Assembly: GCA_035448805.1 (NCBI GenBank)
Contig: DAOTJR010000004.1
Coordinates: forward strand, 35,848-99,847
DNA length: 64,000 nt
Source: Syntrophales bacterium
Lineage (GTDB): Bacteria > Desulfobacterota > Syntrophia > Syntrophales > UBA8958
Reading direction: 5' to 3'
Part shown: one piece after another, positions 10,642 through 21,490 of the stretch
How the letters are laid out: each line of letters begins with the position of its first letter
Position numbering within the stretch: the first letter of the stretch is position 1
Program-made: the position numbers and the translations under genes
Notes under the pieces: generated by a model
The model's input: the letters and a program-made list of their open reading frames with translations, nothing else
Database searches by the model: none
Told to the model about the DNA's origin: nothing

Positions 10642-13158
10642 ATGGATGATCTCTTTCAGAAGAACCTGCCTGTCAATATCGAAGACGAGATGAAGAAGTC
10701 CTACATGGACTACGCCATGAGCGTCATCATCGGCCGGGCCATCCCCGATGTCCGGGACGGCCTGAAGCCGGTCCACCGCCGCGTCCTTTTCGCCATGCAC
10801 GAGATGGGCAACCGCTGGAACCGCCCCTACAAGAAATCGGCCCGCATCGTCGGCGACATCATCGGTAAGTACCACCCCCACGGTGATCAGGCGGCCTACG
10901 ACACCATCGTCCGCATGGCCCAGGACTTCAGCATGCGCTACCTCCTCGTGGACGGACAGGGAAACTTCGGTTCCCTCGACGGGGACCCCCCGGCGGCGAT
11001 GCGTTACACGGAGATCCGCATGGCCAGGATAGCGGAGGAAATTCTCGCCGATCTCGAGAAGGATACGGTGGATTTCATACCCAATTACGACGAATCCCTC
11101 ACGGAACCGGTGGTCATGCCGGCGAAGATCCCCACGATCCTGCTCAACGGCACCGCCGGCATCGCCGTCGGCGTGGCGACGAACATCCCCCCCCACAATC
11201 TCCGGGAGGTCATCGACGGCACCATCGCCCTGATCAAGAATCCCGAGCTCACCATCGACGAACTGATCGGCTACATCCCCGGTCCGGATTTTCCCACGGC
11301 GGGGTTCATCAACGGCCGGGAAGGCATCCTGGCCGCCTACCGCACCGGCCGGGGCAGCATCCGGATCCGCGCCCGGGCCATGATCGAACGCAACGCCCGG
11401 AACGACCGGGAGAGCATCGTCGTGACGGAGCTTCCCTATCAGGTCAACAAGGCCAATCTTATCGAGAAGATATCGGAACTGGTCAAGGAGAGGAAGATCG
11501 AGGGTATCGCCGATCTCCGGGACGAATCGGACCGGGACGGGATCCGCATCGTCCTGGACCTGAAGCGGGACGAGGTCTCCGGGGTGATCCTCAACCAGCT
11601 CTACAAGCACACCCAGATGGAATCTTCCTTCGGTGTCATCATGCTCGCCATCGACAACAAGCAGCCCCGGATCTTCAATCTCAAGGAAATCCTCCAGAGT
11701 TTTATAGATTTCCGCAAACAGATCGTCGTCCGGCGGACCCGCTTCGAGCTGGCGAAGGCCACGGAACGGGCCCATATCCTGGCGGGGCTGATCATCGCCC
11801 TGAACAACATCGACGCCGTGGTGGCGGTGATCAAGGCCGCCGCCAACCCCCAGGAGGCCGCCACCGCCTTGGGGAACCGCTTCGGCCTTACGGAGCCCCA
11901 GGCCCGGGCGATCCTCGAGATGCGCCTCCAGCGCCTCACGGGGCTGGAACGGGAGAAGATCGACGCCGAACATGCAGAATTAGTTAAGCAAATCGCCTAC
12001 CTGAAGGACATTCTCGACAACCCGCACCGGGTGCTTGAGGTCATTGTCGCGGAACTGGAAGACATCCGGGCGCGCTACGGCGACGAGCGGCGGACGGAGA
12101 TCGTCGTCAGCTCCGACGACATCGACATCGAGGACCTCATCGTCGAGGAGGACATGGTGGTCACCGTTTCCCATTCCGGCTATATCAAGCGCAATCCCGT
12201 GAGCCTCTACCGGAGCCAGCGGCGGGGCGGCCGCGGCAAGGTGGGGATGGGAACCAAGGAGGAGGACTTCGTGGAGAAGATCTTCGTGGCCTCCACCCAT
12301 CAGTACATCCTCATCTTTTCCAGCTTCGGCAAGGTTTACTGGCTGAAGGTCTATCAGATCCCCCAGGCCGGCCGGGCGGCGAAGGGCAAGGCCATCGTCA
12401 ACCTCATCAGCCTGGCGGCCGGCGAACGGGTGGCCGCCATCCTGCCGGTGAAGGAGTTCGCCGCGGACCGCAACGTCGTCATGGTCACCCGGCAGGGGGT
12501 GATCAAGAAGACCAACCTGGCGGCCTTCTCCAATCCCCGGAGCACGGGGATCATCGCCATCGGCATCGATGCAGGGGACGAACTCATGGACGTCCAGTTG
12601 ACCCTGGGCAATCAGGACATCTTCCTCGGTACCCGCCAGGGCATGGCGATCCGCTTCCACGAGGAGGATGTGCGGGAGATGGGCCGGGGCGCCCGGGGCG
12701 TCCGGGGGATCATGCTGGCGGAGGGGGATGCGGTGGTGGGCATGGAGATCCCCTCCGAGGGCAGCGCCATGGCCACGATCACGGAAAAGGGTTACGGAAA
12801 ACGGACCGCCGTGAGCGAATACCGCCTCCAGAGCCGGGGCGGCAAGGGGACGATCAATCTCCGCACCACCCCCCGGGTGGGCAACGTCACGGGCATCTGC
12901 CAGGTGACGGGCGATGAAGATCTGATGCTCATCAGCGATGCGGGGAAGATCATCCGGGTCCGGGTCGAGGAGGTCTCCCTGATCCACCGGAGCACCCAGG
13001 GGGTGAAGCTTATCGATCTCGACGAAAACGAGCGTCTCGTGGGCATCGCCCGGGTGGAGCGGGAGGAGGAAACGGAGGAAATCCCGGAAAACGGCGGCGC
13101 GGAGGCGGACGACGCCGGCGGCCTCCGGGAAGGCGACCTCTTCAACGAAGAAACCTAA
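10642..13158 (+). CDS. gyrA: DNA gyrase subunit A
   Basis: 838 aa. Blocks: [33 protein letters not shown] and the active-site region AAMRYTE, plus a C-terminal beta-pinwheel region with an acidic tail. Confidence 0.97.
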   Translation: MDDLFQKNLPVNIEDEMKKSYMDYAMSVIIGRAIPDVRDGLKPVHRRVLFAMHEMGNRWNRPYKKSARIVGDIIGKYHPHGDQAAYDTIVRMAQDFSMRYLLVDGQGNFGSLDGDPPAAMRYTEIRMARIAEEILADLEKDTVDFIPNYDESLTEPVVMPAKIPTILLNGTAGIAVGVATNIPPHNLREVIDGTIALIKNPELTIDELIGYIPGPDFPTAGFINGREGILAAYRTGRGSIRIRARAMIERNARNDRESIVVTELPYQVNKANLIEKISELVKERKIEGIADLRDESDRDGIRIVLDLKRDEVSGVILNQLYKHTQMESSFGVIMLAIDNKQPRIFNLKEILQSFIDFRKQIVVRRTRFELAKATERAHILAGLIIALNNIDAVVAVIKAAANPQEAATALGNRFGLTEPQARAILEMRLQRLTGLEREKIDAEHAELVKQIAYLKDILDNPHRVLEVIVAELEDIRARYGDERRTEIVVSSDDIDIEDLIVEEDMVVTVSHSGYIKRNPVSLYRSQRRGGRGKVGMGTKEEDFVEKIFVASTHQYILIFSSFGKVYWLKVYQIPQAGRAAKGKAIVNLISLAAGERVAAILPVKEFAADRNVVMVTRQGVIKKTNLAAFSNPRSTGIIAIGIDAGDELMDVQLTLGNQDIFLGTRQGMAIRFHEEDVREMGRGARGVRGIMLAEGDAVVGMEIPSEGSAMATITEKGYGKRTAVSEYRLQSRGGKGTINLRTTPRVGNVTGICQVTGDEDLMLISDAGKIIRVRVEEVSLIHRSTQGVKLIDLDENERLVGIARVEREEETEEIPENGGAEADDAGGLREGDLFNEET

Positions 13159-13229
13159 GACGACCTCTTCGATGAAGAAACATCATGATATCTTTTTTCC
13201 TCCCCGGCAAGGGGAGGAGCCAGGTGGGG

Positions 13230-13844
13230 ATGGGCTATCGCATTCTCGATCATACCGCCGACATCGGCGTCGAGGTGGACGGTGCAACCCTGAGGGATCT
13301 CTTCCGGGAAGGGGCGGCGGCGCTCTTCACCCTCCTCACGGACCGCACCGCCGTCAATCCCGCCAGGGTCAAGGTTATCCGCATTGACGGCGCGGACCTG
13401 ACGGACCTCTGGATCAATTATCTCCGGGAAATCCTTTATCTTTTCAATGGGGAGGGTTTTCTGGTCCGGGAAGTGGGGGAACTGACCTTTTCCCGGTTGT
13501 CCGGCGGCACCGGACGGGCCGGCGAAACCGACCGGTCTCTGGTTTTACCGGAACCTTTTGCCGCAACGTCCCTGAATGGAAGCGGCAGGACGCTTGCAGC
13601 GGGGGGATTCGTTACCGCCGGAAAAGTGCCGGCCGCAGCACCGGCGGCGGAGGATGGATTGGCGGGTGGGGATGAGAGTGCCGGCGGCACCGCCGGTTTC
13701 CTGTTGACCGCCTGCTGCCTCGGCGAGGATTACGACCCCGCCCGTCAGGTGATCAAGACGGAAATCAAGGCCGTTACCTATCACCACGCCGCGGTTCGGG
13801 AAACATCCGCCGGTTGGCAGGGGGTCTTTATCGTCGATGTGTGA
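13230..13844 (+). CDS. Archease (RtcB activator/chaperone) with an internal low-complexity insertion
   Basis: The N-terminus MGYRILDHTADIGVEV and the C-terminus IKAVTYHHAAV...VFIVDV are archease hallmarks. About 70 Gly/Ala/Pro-rich residues (13491-13698) interrupt the fold. Alternative start ATG 13185. Confidence 0.75.
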   Translation: MGYRILDHTADIGVEVDGATLRDLFREGAAALFTLLTDRTAVNPARVKVIRIDGADLTDLWINYLREILYLFNGEGFLVREVGELTFSRLSGGTGRAGETDRSLVLPEPFAATSLNGSGRTLAAGGFVTAGKVPAAAPAAEDGLAGGDESAGGTAGFLLTACCLGEDYDPARQVIKTEIKAVTYHHAAVRETSAGWQGVFIVDV

Positions 13845-13861
13845 ACCCGTCGCGGCTTGAG

Positions 13862-13893
13862 GGAAGAACCGCAAGTGATTCCGGAGGGATAAA
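13862..13893 (+). repeat. 32-nt motif GGAAGAACCGCAAGTGATTCCGGAGGGATAAA (copy 1), immediately 5' of the rtcB ATG
   Basis: 29/32 identical to 18530-18561. It contains the GGAGGG Shine-Dalgarno of rtcB. Confidence 0.75.
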
Positions 13894-13894
13894 G

Positions 13895-15325
<1,431 letters not shown>

Positions 15326-15368
15326 GCCCCGGATGGTGCCCACCGGCGGGGCGGCCCGGCGCCTCCCG

Positions 15369-16367
15369 TCAAAACGAGAAGCTGACGGACAGACCACCGT
15401 ATAGATAGGTGCTGTCCCGTTCTGCGGCCGTTGCCGTTCCTTTCAGACCCGAGCCTTTCATCTCATTCCTTGCCTCGTCGGAAAGGGGAAACACATACGT
15501 GATCGTCGGGGTGACCGTAAGATATTTTGCGGCCTTGACGGGCAGGCTGACCGTCACCGTTCCGTCGTGGAAGTTGCTGAATTTGTCGTCCGTGGCCTGC
15601 GCGTTGCCGTTGAATTTGGGATAACCGCCGTAACCCGCCCCGGCGTTGAAGAGATTGGCGTCGGCGTAAGTGCTCAAAAGATAACTCGCCGTTGCCGCGA
15701 TCTTCAGGGATACCGTCCGGTTGAATTCCCAAGCCTGGGAGATTCCCAGGAGAAAATACCAGTTGCGGTAGTGGTCGATTTCCTTGTAGGCCGTCAGGGT
15801 GGGCGCCAAAATGGTATTCAGACTCACCGTGGCAAAGATCTCCTGGGCATCGGCCCGGTCCGGGGCGTCCTTGTTGAGGGCGCCCAGGGCGTAGTAGATA
15901 TAACCGCCCCCGAGGCTTACCAGGCCCAGGTCATGGGTGTATGACAAAGTAAAATCCGTTTCGTTCCAGGCACTTGCATAGTTTATATCGTCGGTTCCCC
16001 CGTAGTAGGGCCGGGTATCCAGGTTTCCCCAAAGCCCGACGCTGAACCCTTTGCAGCCGAGCGTCATCGCCGGCTGGACGACCATACCGTTCCGGCTCAG
16101 TTCATAGCCTCTCCAGATATACTGGCTCAAGGCCGCCACGGTGAAATCGCCGGTGGGCCTTTCCTCCCGGGGGGCGGGATTGCCGGCGGCGGTCCCGGGG
16201 GCGGGCACCGCCGCCGCTCCTGCCGGTTCCCCCGCCCCGGAACCGGAAGCTGTCGGGACGGCCCTGTCCGTGTCCGGTAGCGCTTCCCCGGGGGTGACGG
16301 ACAGAAAAACGAAAAGGATCAATACCGACAACAACACCCTTGTTACCGCTTGCTTCTTGGTCAACAT
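15369..16367 (-). CDS. Outer-membrane beta-barrel porin-like protein (TorF/Gcw_chp-like), third gene of the amtB-glnK operon
   Basis: ATG 16367 follows GGAGGA. There is a signal peptide (MLTKKQAVTRVLLSVLILFVFLSV), a Gly/Ala/Pro-rich linker, then alternating aromatic/Gly strands ending ...YGGLSVSFSF with the terminal Phe typical of OMPs. The family call is from memory of similar amtB-linked porins. Confidence 0.6.
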   Translation of the reverse strand: MLTKKQAVTRVLLSVLILFVFLSVTPGEALPDTDRAVPTASGSGAGEPAGAAAVPAPGTAAGNPAPREERPTGDFTVAALSQYIWRGYELSRNGMVVQPAMTLGCKGFSVGLWGNLDTRPYYGGTDDINYASAWNETDFTLSYTHDLGLVSLGGGYIYYALGALNKDAPDRADAQEIFATVSLNTILAPTLTAYKEIDHYRNWYFLLGISQAWEFNRTVSLKIAATASYLLSTYADANLFNAGAGYGGYPKFNGNAQATDDKFSNFHDGTVTVSLPVKAAKYLTVTPTITYVFPLSDEARNEMKGSGLKGTATAAERDSTYLYGGLSVSFSF

Positions 16368-16398
16368 GCTCTTTTCCTCCTGTACACGATTTCTTTCC

Positions 16399-16740
16399 TT
16401 AACCGATGGCGATGCCGCCCCGTTCCCCCGTCCTGATCCGCAGCACCTCGTGGAGATCGAGGATGAAGATCTTACCGTCGCCCACCTCACCGGTGCGGGC
16501 CCCCGCCGTGATGGCCTCCAGGGCCGGGGCGACGAAATCCTCGTTGACGGCGATTTCCAGTTTCACCTTCTTCAGCAGGCTTCCCGCCTCCACGTTTCCC
16601 CGGTAGATCTCCGTGACGCCTTTCTGCCGGCCCCGCCCCAGGACATTGGACACCGTCACCAGGGGGATCTCCACGTTTTCCAGAGCGACCATCACCTCAT
16701 TTAGCTTGTGGGGTTGAATAATGGCGATAATGTATTTCAT
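16399..16740 (-). CDS. glnK: Nitrogen regulatory protein P-II
   Basis: 112 aa. Blocks: MKYIIAIIQPHKL, the T-loop region GRGRQKGVTEIYRG, and TGEVGDGKIFI. It is directly downstream of amtB. Confidence 0.9.
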   Translation of the reverse strand: MKYIIAIIQPHKLNEVMVALENVEIPLVTVSNVLGRGRQKGVTEIYRGNVEAGSLLKKVKLEIAVNEDFVAPALEAITAGARTGEVGDGKIFILDLHEVLRIRTGERGGIAIG

Positions 16741-16823
16741 GGCACGCTTCCTCTCTGTTTAAAAGTCGGCAACTATTGTAATTTATTAACCTTTCTTTGC
16801 CGCTGACCTGCCGCTGCGGGAGG

Positions 16824-18059
16824 TCATTCGATAATGGTGTAAGCCGCTTCGCTCTGCTGGGTCAGATCGAGGCCGATGTGTTCGTCCTTTTCCCCTACCC
16901 GAACACACATCAGGGCATCGACGAGCTTGAAGATGGCAAAGGTCATCACCCCGGCGAAGAGGGGGGCGACAGCCGCCATGACGAGCTGCGGCCCGAGCTG
17001 GGCGCCGCCGAAGAACAGGCCGTCGGCCCCGGCGGCGTTGACGGCCTTCTCGGCGAACAGACCCACGGCGATGGTTCCCCAGATGCCGCCCACCCCGTGG
17101 ACCCCGAAGGCATCCAGGGCGTCGTCGTAACCGAGACGGGCCTTGATCGCCGTGACGGCGAGATAGCAGACCAAGGCGGCGATGATCCCGATAAAGACGG
17201 CGTTGATGGGGTTCACGAAACCGCAGGCCGGGGTGACGGCCACCAATCCCGCCACAGCCCCCGTGACGGTTCCCAGGATCGTGGGCTTGCCGTGCTGCTG
17301 CCACTCGCAGAGGGCCCAGGCCAGGCCCGCCGCCGCCGTGGCCAGATGGGTGGTGACGAAGGCATGGGCGGCGAGTTCGTTGGCCCCCAGGGCGGAGCCG
17401 GCGTTGAAACCGAACCAGCCGAACCACAGCAGGGCGCCTCCCAGGACGGTAAAGGGCAGGTTATGGGGCCGGAAGGGGATCCTTTGGTAGCCCAGGCGCT
17501 TGCCCAGCAGGAGGCACAAGACCAGGGCCGACACCCCCGAACTGGCGTGCACGACGATGCCGCCGGCGAAATCAAGACCGCCGAGGGTGCGCATCCAGCC
17601 CCCGGTGCCCCAGACCCAGTGGGCCAGGGGATCATAGACCAGAGTCGCCCAGAGGACGGTGAAGACCAGGAAGGCGGAGAACTTCATCCGCTCCGCGAAG
17701 GCGCCGATCATCAGGGCCGGGGTGATCACGGCGAACATGCACTGAAAGATCATGAAGACGCTATGGGGAATCGTCGCGGCGTAATCGCCGTTGGGCTGCC
17801 CCCCCACATACTGCAGCCCCGCCCATTTGAGGCTGCCGATGATCCCCAACCCCCCGGCATCGGGACCGAAAGAGAGGGAGTAGCCGAAAAGCGCCCACTG
17901 GAGCGAAATGACGCACATGATGATGAAGCATTGCATGAGGATGGAAAGGACGTTTTTCCGCCGGACCAGCCCCCCGTAAAAGAAGGCCAGCCCGGGGATG
18001 GTCATGGCAAAGACCAGGACGGTCGAAATAAGTACCCACGCGGTGTCGCCGGTGTTCAT
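16824..18059 (-). CDS. amtB: Ammonium transporter AmtB
   Basis: ATG 18059 follows AGGAGG. Blocks: MNTGDTAWVLISTVLVFAMTIPGLAFFYGG, DFAGGIVVHASSG and FGVHGVGGIWG. The ORF-track start at 18236 is an extension. Confidence 0.93.
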   Translation of the reverse strand: MNTGDTAWVLISTVLVFAMTIPGLAFFYGGLVRRKNVLSILMQCFIIMCVISLQWALFGYSLSFGPDAGGLGIIGSLKWAGLQYVGGQPNGDYAATIPHSVFMIFQCMFAVITPALMIGAFAERMKFSAFLVFTVLWATLVYDPLAHWVWGTGGWMRTLGGLDFAGGIVVHASSGVSALVLCLLLGKRLGYQRIPFRPHNLPFTVLGGALLWFGWFGFNAGSALGANELAAHAFVTTHLATAAAGLAWALCEWQQHGKPTILGTVTGAVAGLVAVTPACGFVNPINAVFIGIIAALVCYLAVTAIKARLGYDDALDAFGVHGVGGIWGTIAVGLFAEKAVNAAGADGLFFGGAQLGPQLVMAAVAPLFAGVMTFAIFKLVDALMCVRVGEKDEHIGLDLTQQSEAAYTIIE

Positions 18060-18107
18060 GATGATCCTCCTGAAAAGAGATTTCCCGCAGCCGGGATAAG
18101 CAGGAAA

Positions 18108-18124
18108 GATCAAAGATTGTGCCA
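18108..18124 (-). promoter_or_regulatory. sigma54-type promoter candidate for amtB-glnK-porin (TGGCAC-AATCT-TTGAT)
   Basis: The minus strand reads cTGGCACAATCTTTGATc, about 48 nt upstream of the amtB ATG. The -24 element is perfect; the -12 element has GA instead of GC. An AT-rich tract (18140-18165) lies upstream where an IHF bend would be expected. Confidence 0.45.
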
Positions 18125-18487
18125 GGGAGCCCTTGAGGCAATAACTTGTTGTATATATAGAGTTTATGTCTGAAAACGGCGCCAAGCCCCGCGTGGAAAT
18201 CGGACAGGAATGTTCAAACAGGAACGATATTGACAAATATGTAGCGACGACTGTCTCCGGGCCGACGGGAAATCGGCTGTCGACAACTCCTCCCCGCGTT
18301 GAGACTTGCGAACGTCCGCCGCTCCGCTCCTGTCCCGCGGATGGTCTTCACGATGAATTGTCATGTTGGTCCAACACCCGCAAACTTTGAAAATAACTTA
18401 AGGAGGCCACCCCGGTGTGTTTTCATACCAACAGGAAAGCGGACAATTCTATTTGCTCTTCACACCCGGGGCAGGATGTTGTGTCAG

Positions 18488-18523
18488 GATGTTGTTGACA
18501 ACATCACGAATAACGTGTGTAAT
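18488..18523 (+). promoter_or_regulatory. Perfect 8-bp inverted repeat (GATGTTGT-TG-ACAACATC) overlapping a TTGACA-17-TGTAAT promoter upstream of the hybrid kinase
   Basis: Palindrome at 18488-18505. It is preceded by a direct half-site copy CAGGATGTTGT (18472-18482). TTGACA is at 18495-18500 and TGTAAT at 18518-18523. Confidence 0.45.
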
Positions 18524-18529
18524 ACAAGC

Positions 18530-18561
18530 GGAAGAACCGCAAGCGATTTAGGAGGGATAAA
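18530..18561 (+). repeat. 32-nt motif GGAAGAACCGCAAGCGATTTAGGAGGGATAAA (copy 2), at the predicted 5' end of the hybrid-kinase leader
   Basis: 29/32 identical to 13862-13893. It starts about 7 nt after the TGTAAT -10 box and lies about 100 nt upstream of the kinase ATG. Confidence 0.75.
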
Positions 18562-18658
18562 AGGCGGCCGCCCGCTCACGACAACCCCGTCTTTGCCCCT
18601 TGACCCCGCCGGCGGGGGAGATAGCAAAGACCGTAAAAATCTAAAAAAATCAGCAGTT

Positions 18659-20809
18659 ATGACGACGGAACCGATCCTGATCGTAGAAGACAGCCAGACG
18701 CAAGCCGCCTATCTCAGATACCTGCTGGCGGGCGAGGGCTACCGGGTCGTCGTGGCCCGGGACGGTTATGAAGGTCTGGCGGCCACCCGCCGCGACCGCC
18801 CCGCCCTGGTGATCAGCGATATCATCATGCCGGGCATGGACGGCTACGAGCTCTGCCGGGCCATCAAGACGGACAGGGAACTCCAGGGGACCCCCGTCAT
18901 CCTTCTCACCGCCCTTTCCGATCCCGAAGACATCATCCGGGCCCTGGCCTGCGGCGCCGATCACTTCATCTCCAAGCCCTACAATCCGGAATATCTCTTC
19001 GCCCGCCTCGCCTATCTCCTGCGGAACCGGTACGTCACCGGCCCGGTGGAGCCGCCGGTCAACATCAACGTCGTCCACGGCCGGAAGCAATTCGCGTTTA
19101 CCGCCCGCCCGCAGCAGATCTTCGATCTCGTCCTTTCCACCTACGAGGCCGCCATAGAGAAAAACAGGCAACTGCTCCAGGCCCAGACGGAGCTGCAGCA
19201 ACTCAACGATCAGCTCGTTGCGGCCCGGCGGCAGGCCGATGCGGCCAACCAGGCGAAATCGGATTTCCTGGCCAACATGAGTCACGAGATCCGGACCCCC
19301 ATGAACGCCGTCATCGGCATGGGCGAGTTGCTGCTGGAAACGCCCCTTTCCGAGGAGCAGGGAAAATACGTGGGCATCCTCAAGAACGCCGCGGAAAATC
19401 TCCTGGGGCTCATCAACGACATTCTCGATATCTCCAAGATCGAGGCGGGTCATATCGAGCTGGAGACAATCCCCTTCGATTTACGGGATTTGGTCGAAAA
19501 GACGATGGAACTCATGGCCGTCAAGGCCGCCGCCAAAAAGATCGCCCTCCCGTGCCGCATCATGCCCGGCGTCCCCACCCGGTTGCTCGGGGATCCCACC
19601 CGGCTCCGGCAGATCCTCATCAACCTCATCGGCAACGGCATCAAGTTCACCGAAGCGGGGGAGGTCTACCTCGAGGTGGCCACGATGCCCGGCGGTGACG
19701 AAGAGAACGTCTGCCTGAAATTCACCGTCATGGACACGGGCATCGGGATTCCGCGGGAGAAACAGGACCGGCTCTTCGAGAAGTTCACCCAGGCCGAAGC
19801 GGACACCACCCGGAAATACGGCGGGACGGGACTGGGGCTGACCATCTCCCGGTATCTGGTGGAACTCATGCACGGCCGGATCTGGATCGACAGCGCGCCG
19901 GGCGCGGGCAGCAGTTTTTATTTCACCGCCCGGTTCGGGAGACAACCGGAGGCCGGCGAAGAATACCCGGAAACGGCGTCGCCCCTGGCCGGCGTCCGCA
20001 TCATGATCATGGATCCGAACGTCCATAACTGCCAGATCATCAAGGAGTTCGTCGAGGGCTGGGGGGCGGAGGCCGCGACGGTGAACGACCCGGCGGCCTG
20101 TCTGGAGGAACTGACGCGCGCCGCCGCCGCCGGCCGTCCCTACCGGGTGATCCTCCTGGATCACGATGCCGACGGGATGGACGGTTTCGCCATCGCGGCC
20201 CGGATCGAAAGGGAATACCGGCAGGCCATCATCCCCATTTACATGATGACCGCCGATACCGCCATCGGCCGCCGGGTTAGCTTCCGGGAGGCCAACATCG
20301 CCGGTTCCATCGTCAAGCCGGTCAAAAAGAAGGAATTGCTCGAGATTCTCACGGCCAGCCTGCACAGGGACCGACCGGGGCGGCAGGAGCAGGCCGCCGC
20401 GGCGAAGGCCCCCGATGACCGGGAGGCGACGCCCCTGAACATCCTCCTGGTGGATGACTCGGAAGACAACCTGCTCCTCATCCGGTCCTTCCTGAAAAGA
20501 TATCCCTACCGGATCGAGACGGCGCGCAACGGCGAGGAGGCGGTGGCGCGCTTTCAGCAGGGAGCCTATGACCTGGTGCTCATGGATGTGCAGATGCCCG
20601 TGATGGACGGTTACACCGCGACCCGGGCCATCCGGGCCTGGGAGGAGGCCCGGCGGCGCCCCCGGACCCCGATCGTCGCCCTGACGGCCCACGCCCTGAA
20701 GGAGGATGAAGAGAAAAGCCTGAACGCCGGCTGCTCGGCCCATCTGACGAAACCGATCAGCAAGGCGCGGTTGCTGCAGGTGATCGAAAATCTCCGGAAC
20801 CTGGGCTGA
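18659..20809 (+). CDS. Hybrid sensor histidine kinase/response regulator (REC - coiled coil - HisKA - HATPase - REC-like - REC)
   Basis: N-terminal REC ([10 protein letters not shown]...[15 protein letters not shown]...KP), H-box [20 protein letters not shown] boxes ([24 protein letters not shown]), and C-terminal REC ([10 protein letters not shown]...[12 protein letters not shown]...TKP). The ORF-track start at 18299 is an untranslated-leader artefact. Confidence 0.88.
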   Translation: MTTEPILIVEDSQTQAAYLRYLLAGEGYRVVVARDGYEGLAATRRDRPALVISDIIMPGMDGYELCRAIKTDRELQGTPVILLTALSDPEDIIRALACGADHFISKPYNPEYLFARLAYLLRNRYVTGPVEPPVNINVVHGRKQFAFTARPQQIFDLVLSTYEAAIEKNRQLLQAQTELQQLNDQLVAARRQADAANQAKSDFLANMSHEIRTPMNAVIGMGELLLETPLSEEQGKYVGILKNAAENLLGLINDILDISKIEAGHIELETIPFDLRDLVEKTMELMAVKAAAKKIALPCRIMPGVPTRLLGDPTRLRQILINLIGNGIKFTEAGEVYLEVATMPGGDEENVCLKFTVMDTGIGIPREKQDRLFEKFTQAEADTTRKYGGTGLGLTISRYLVELMHGRIWIDSAPGAGSSFYFTARFGRQPEAGEEYPETASPLAGVRIMIMDPNVHNCQIIKEFVEGWGAEAATVNDPAACLEELTRAAAAGRPYRVILLDHDADGMDGFAIAARIEREYRQAIIPIYMMTADTAIGRRVSFREANIAGSIVKPVKKKELLEILTASLHRDRPGRQEQAAAAKAPDDREATPLNILLVDDSEDNLLLIRSFLKRYPYRIETARNGEEAVARFQQGAYDLVLMDVQMPVMDGYTATRAIRAWEEARRRPRTPIVALTAHALKEDEEKSLNAGCSAHLTKPISKARLLQVIENLRNLG

Positions 20810-20838
20810 TCTCGCCGCCCGGGGCGGGGCGACGGCCC

Positions 20839-21330
20839 TCAGTCCTCAGCTTCCCGTGCCGCCCCTTTTTGCCGTTTCCCGTCGAGCAGGAGAAAGGTGG
20901 CGGAGACCCGGCAGATATCCCGGCCCCGCTCGTCGGTGATCAGGCAGTCGCCGATGATCAGGCTGCGGCCCCGTTTGAAGACGCTTGCCGTGGCGGTGAT
21001 CTCGCCTGTACTTACCGCCGCCAGGAAGTTGCTCTTCAGCTCGATGGTGGTCAGGCCTTCCCAGGGGTTCAAGGTGGTGACCATGGCATGGGCGATGGCT
21101 TCATCGGCCAGGGCCACCATCAGGCCGCCCTGCATCCTGCCCGCCCCCTGCAGATATTCCGGCCGGACCGGCATGCGAAACCGGGCGTACCCGTCCCTTA
21201 TTTCCACCGGCTCGATGCCGATGAAATCCATAAAGGGGTTGAGCCCCTTCTGACCGGCCTGGATCTTTTCCAGGTATTTCTTGAAGTCCGGAATGGCAAA
21301 CCTCCCGCCTTCGCCGTTTTCCGCCGTCAC
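20839..21330 (-). CDS. PaaI-family hotdog-fold thioesterase
   Basis: Blocks: NPFMDFIGIEPVEIRDGYARFRMPV and GRMQGGLMVALADEAIAHA, the typical PaaI/DUF4442-type core. 163 aa. Confidence 0.75.
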   Translation of the reverse strand: MTAENGEGGRFAIPDFKKYLEKIQAGQKGLNPFMDFIGIEPVEIRDGYARFRMPVRPEYLQGAGRMQGGLMVALADEAIAHAMVTTLNPWEGLTTIELKSNFLAAVSTGEITATASVFKRGRSLIIGDCLITDERGRDICRVSATFLLLDGKRQKGAAREAED

Positions 21331-21490
21331 AACCGGCAGTATTTCCCCGCTTCCCGGGTGGTCAATAATCCGCCTGCGGGCAGGAAGTCAACAGGTTTCT
21401 TAAGGCTCCGAAAGTAGAGAGGTAAGGAAGGTTTTTGTTGAATTTTGCGGACGGGCATGTATAGTTGGCGGAAATAAAAGAGAAATATCT

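Noticed and set aside
18299-18658. Long N-terminal extensions in the ORF track (hybrid kinase 18299; priA 62338; thioredoxin 33569; amtB 18236; cyclase 56598; cupin 48390; porin 16490; copA 46347)
   Set aside because: The conserved protein begins at an internal ATG with a good Shine-Dalgarno. The upstream parts are low-complexity, overlap other genes or promoters, or (thioredoxin, cyclase) run through a neighbouring gene in another frame.
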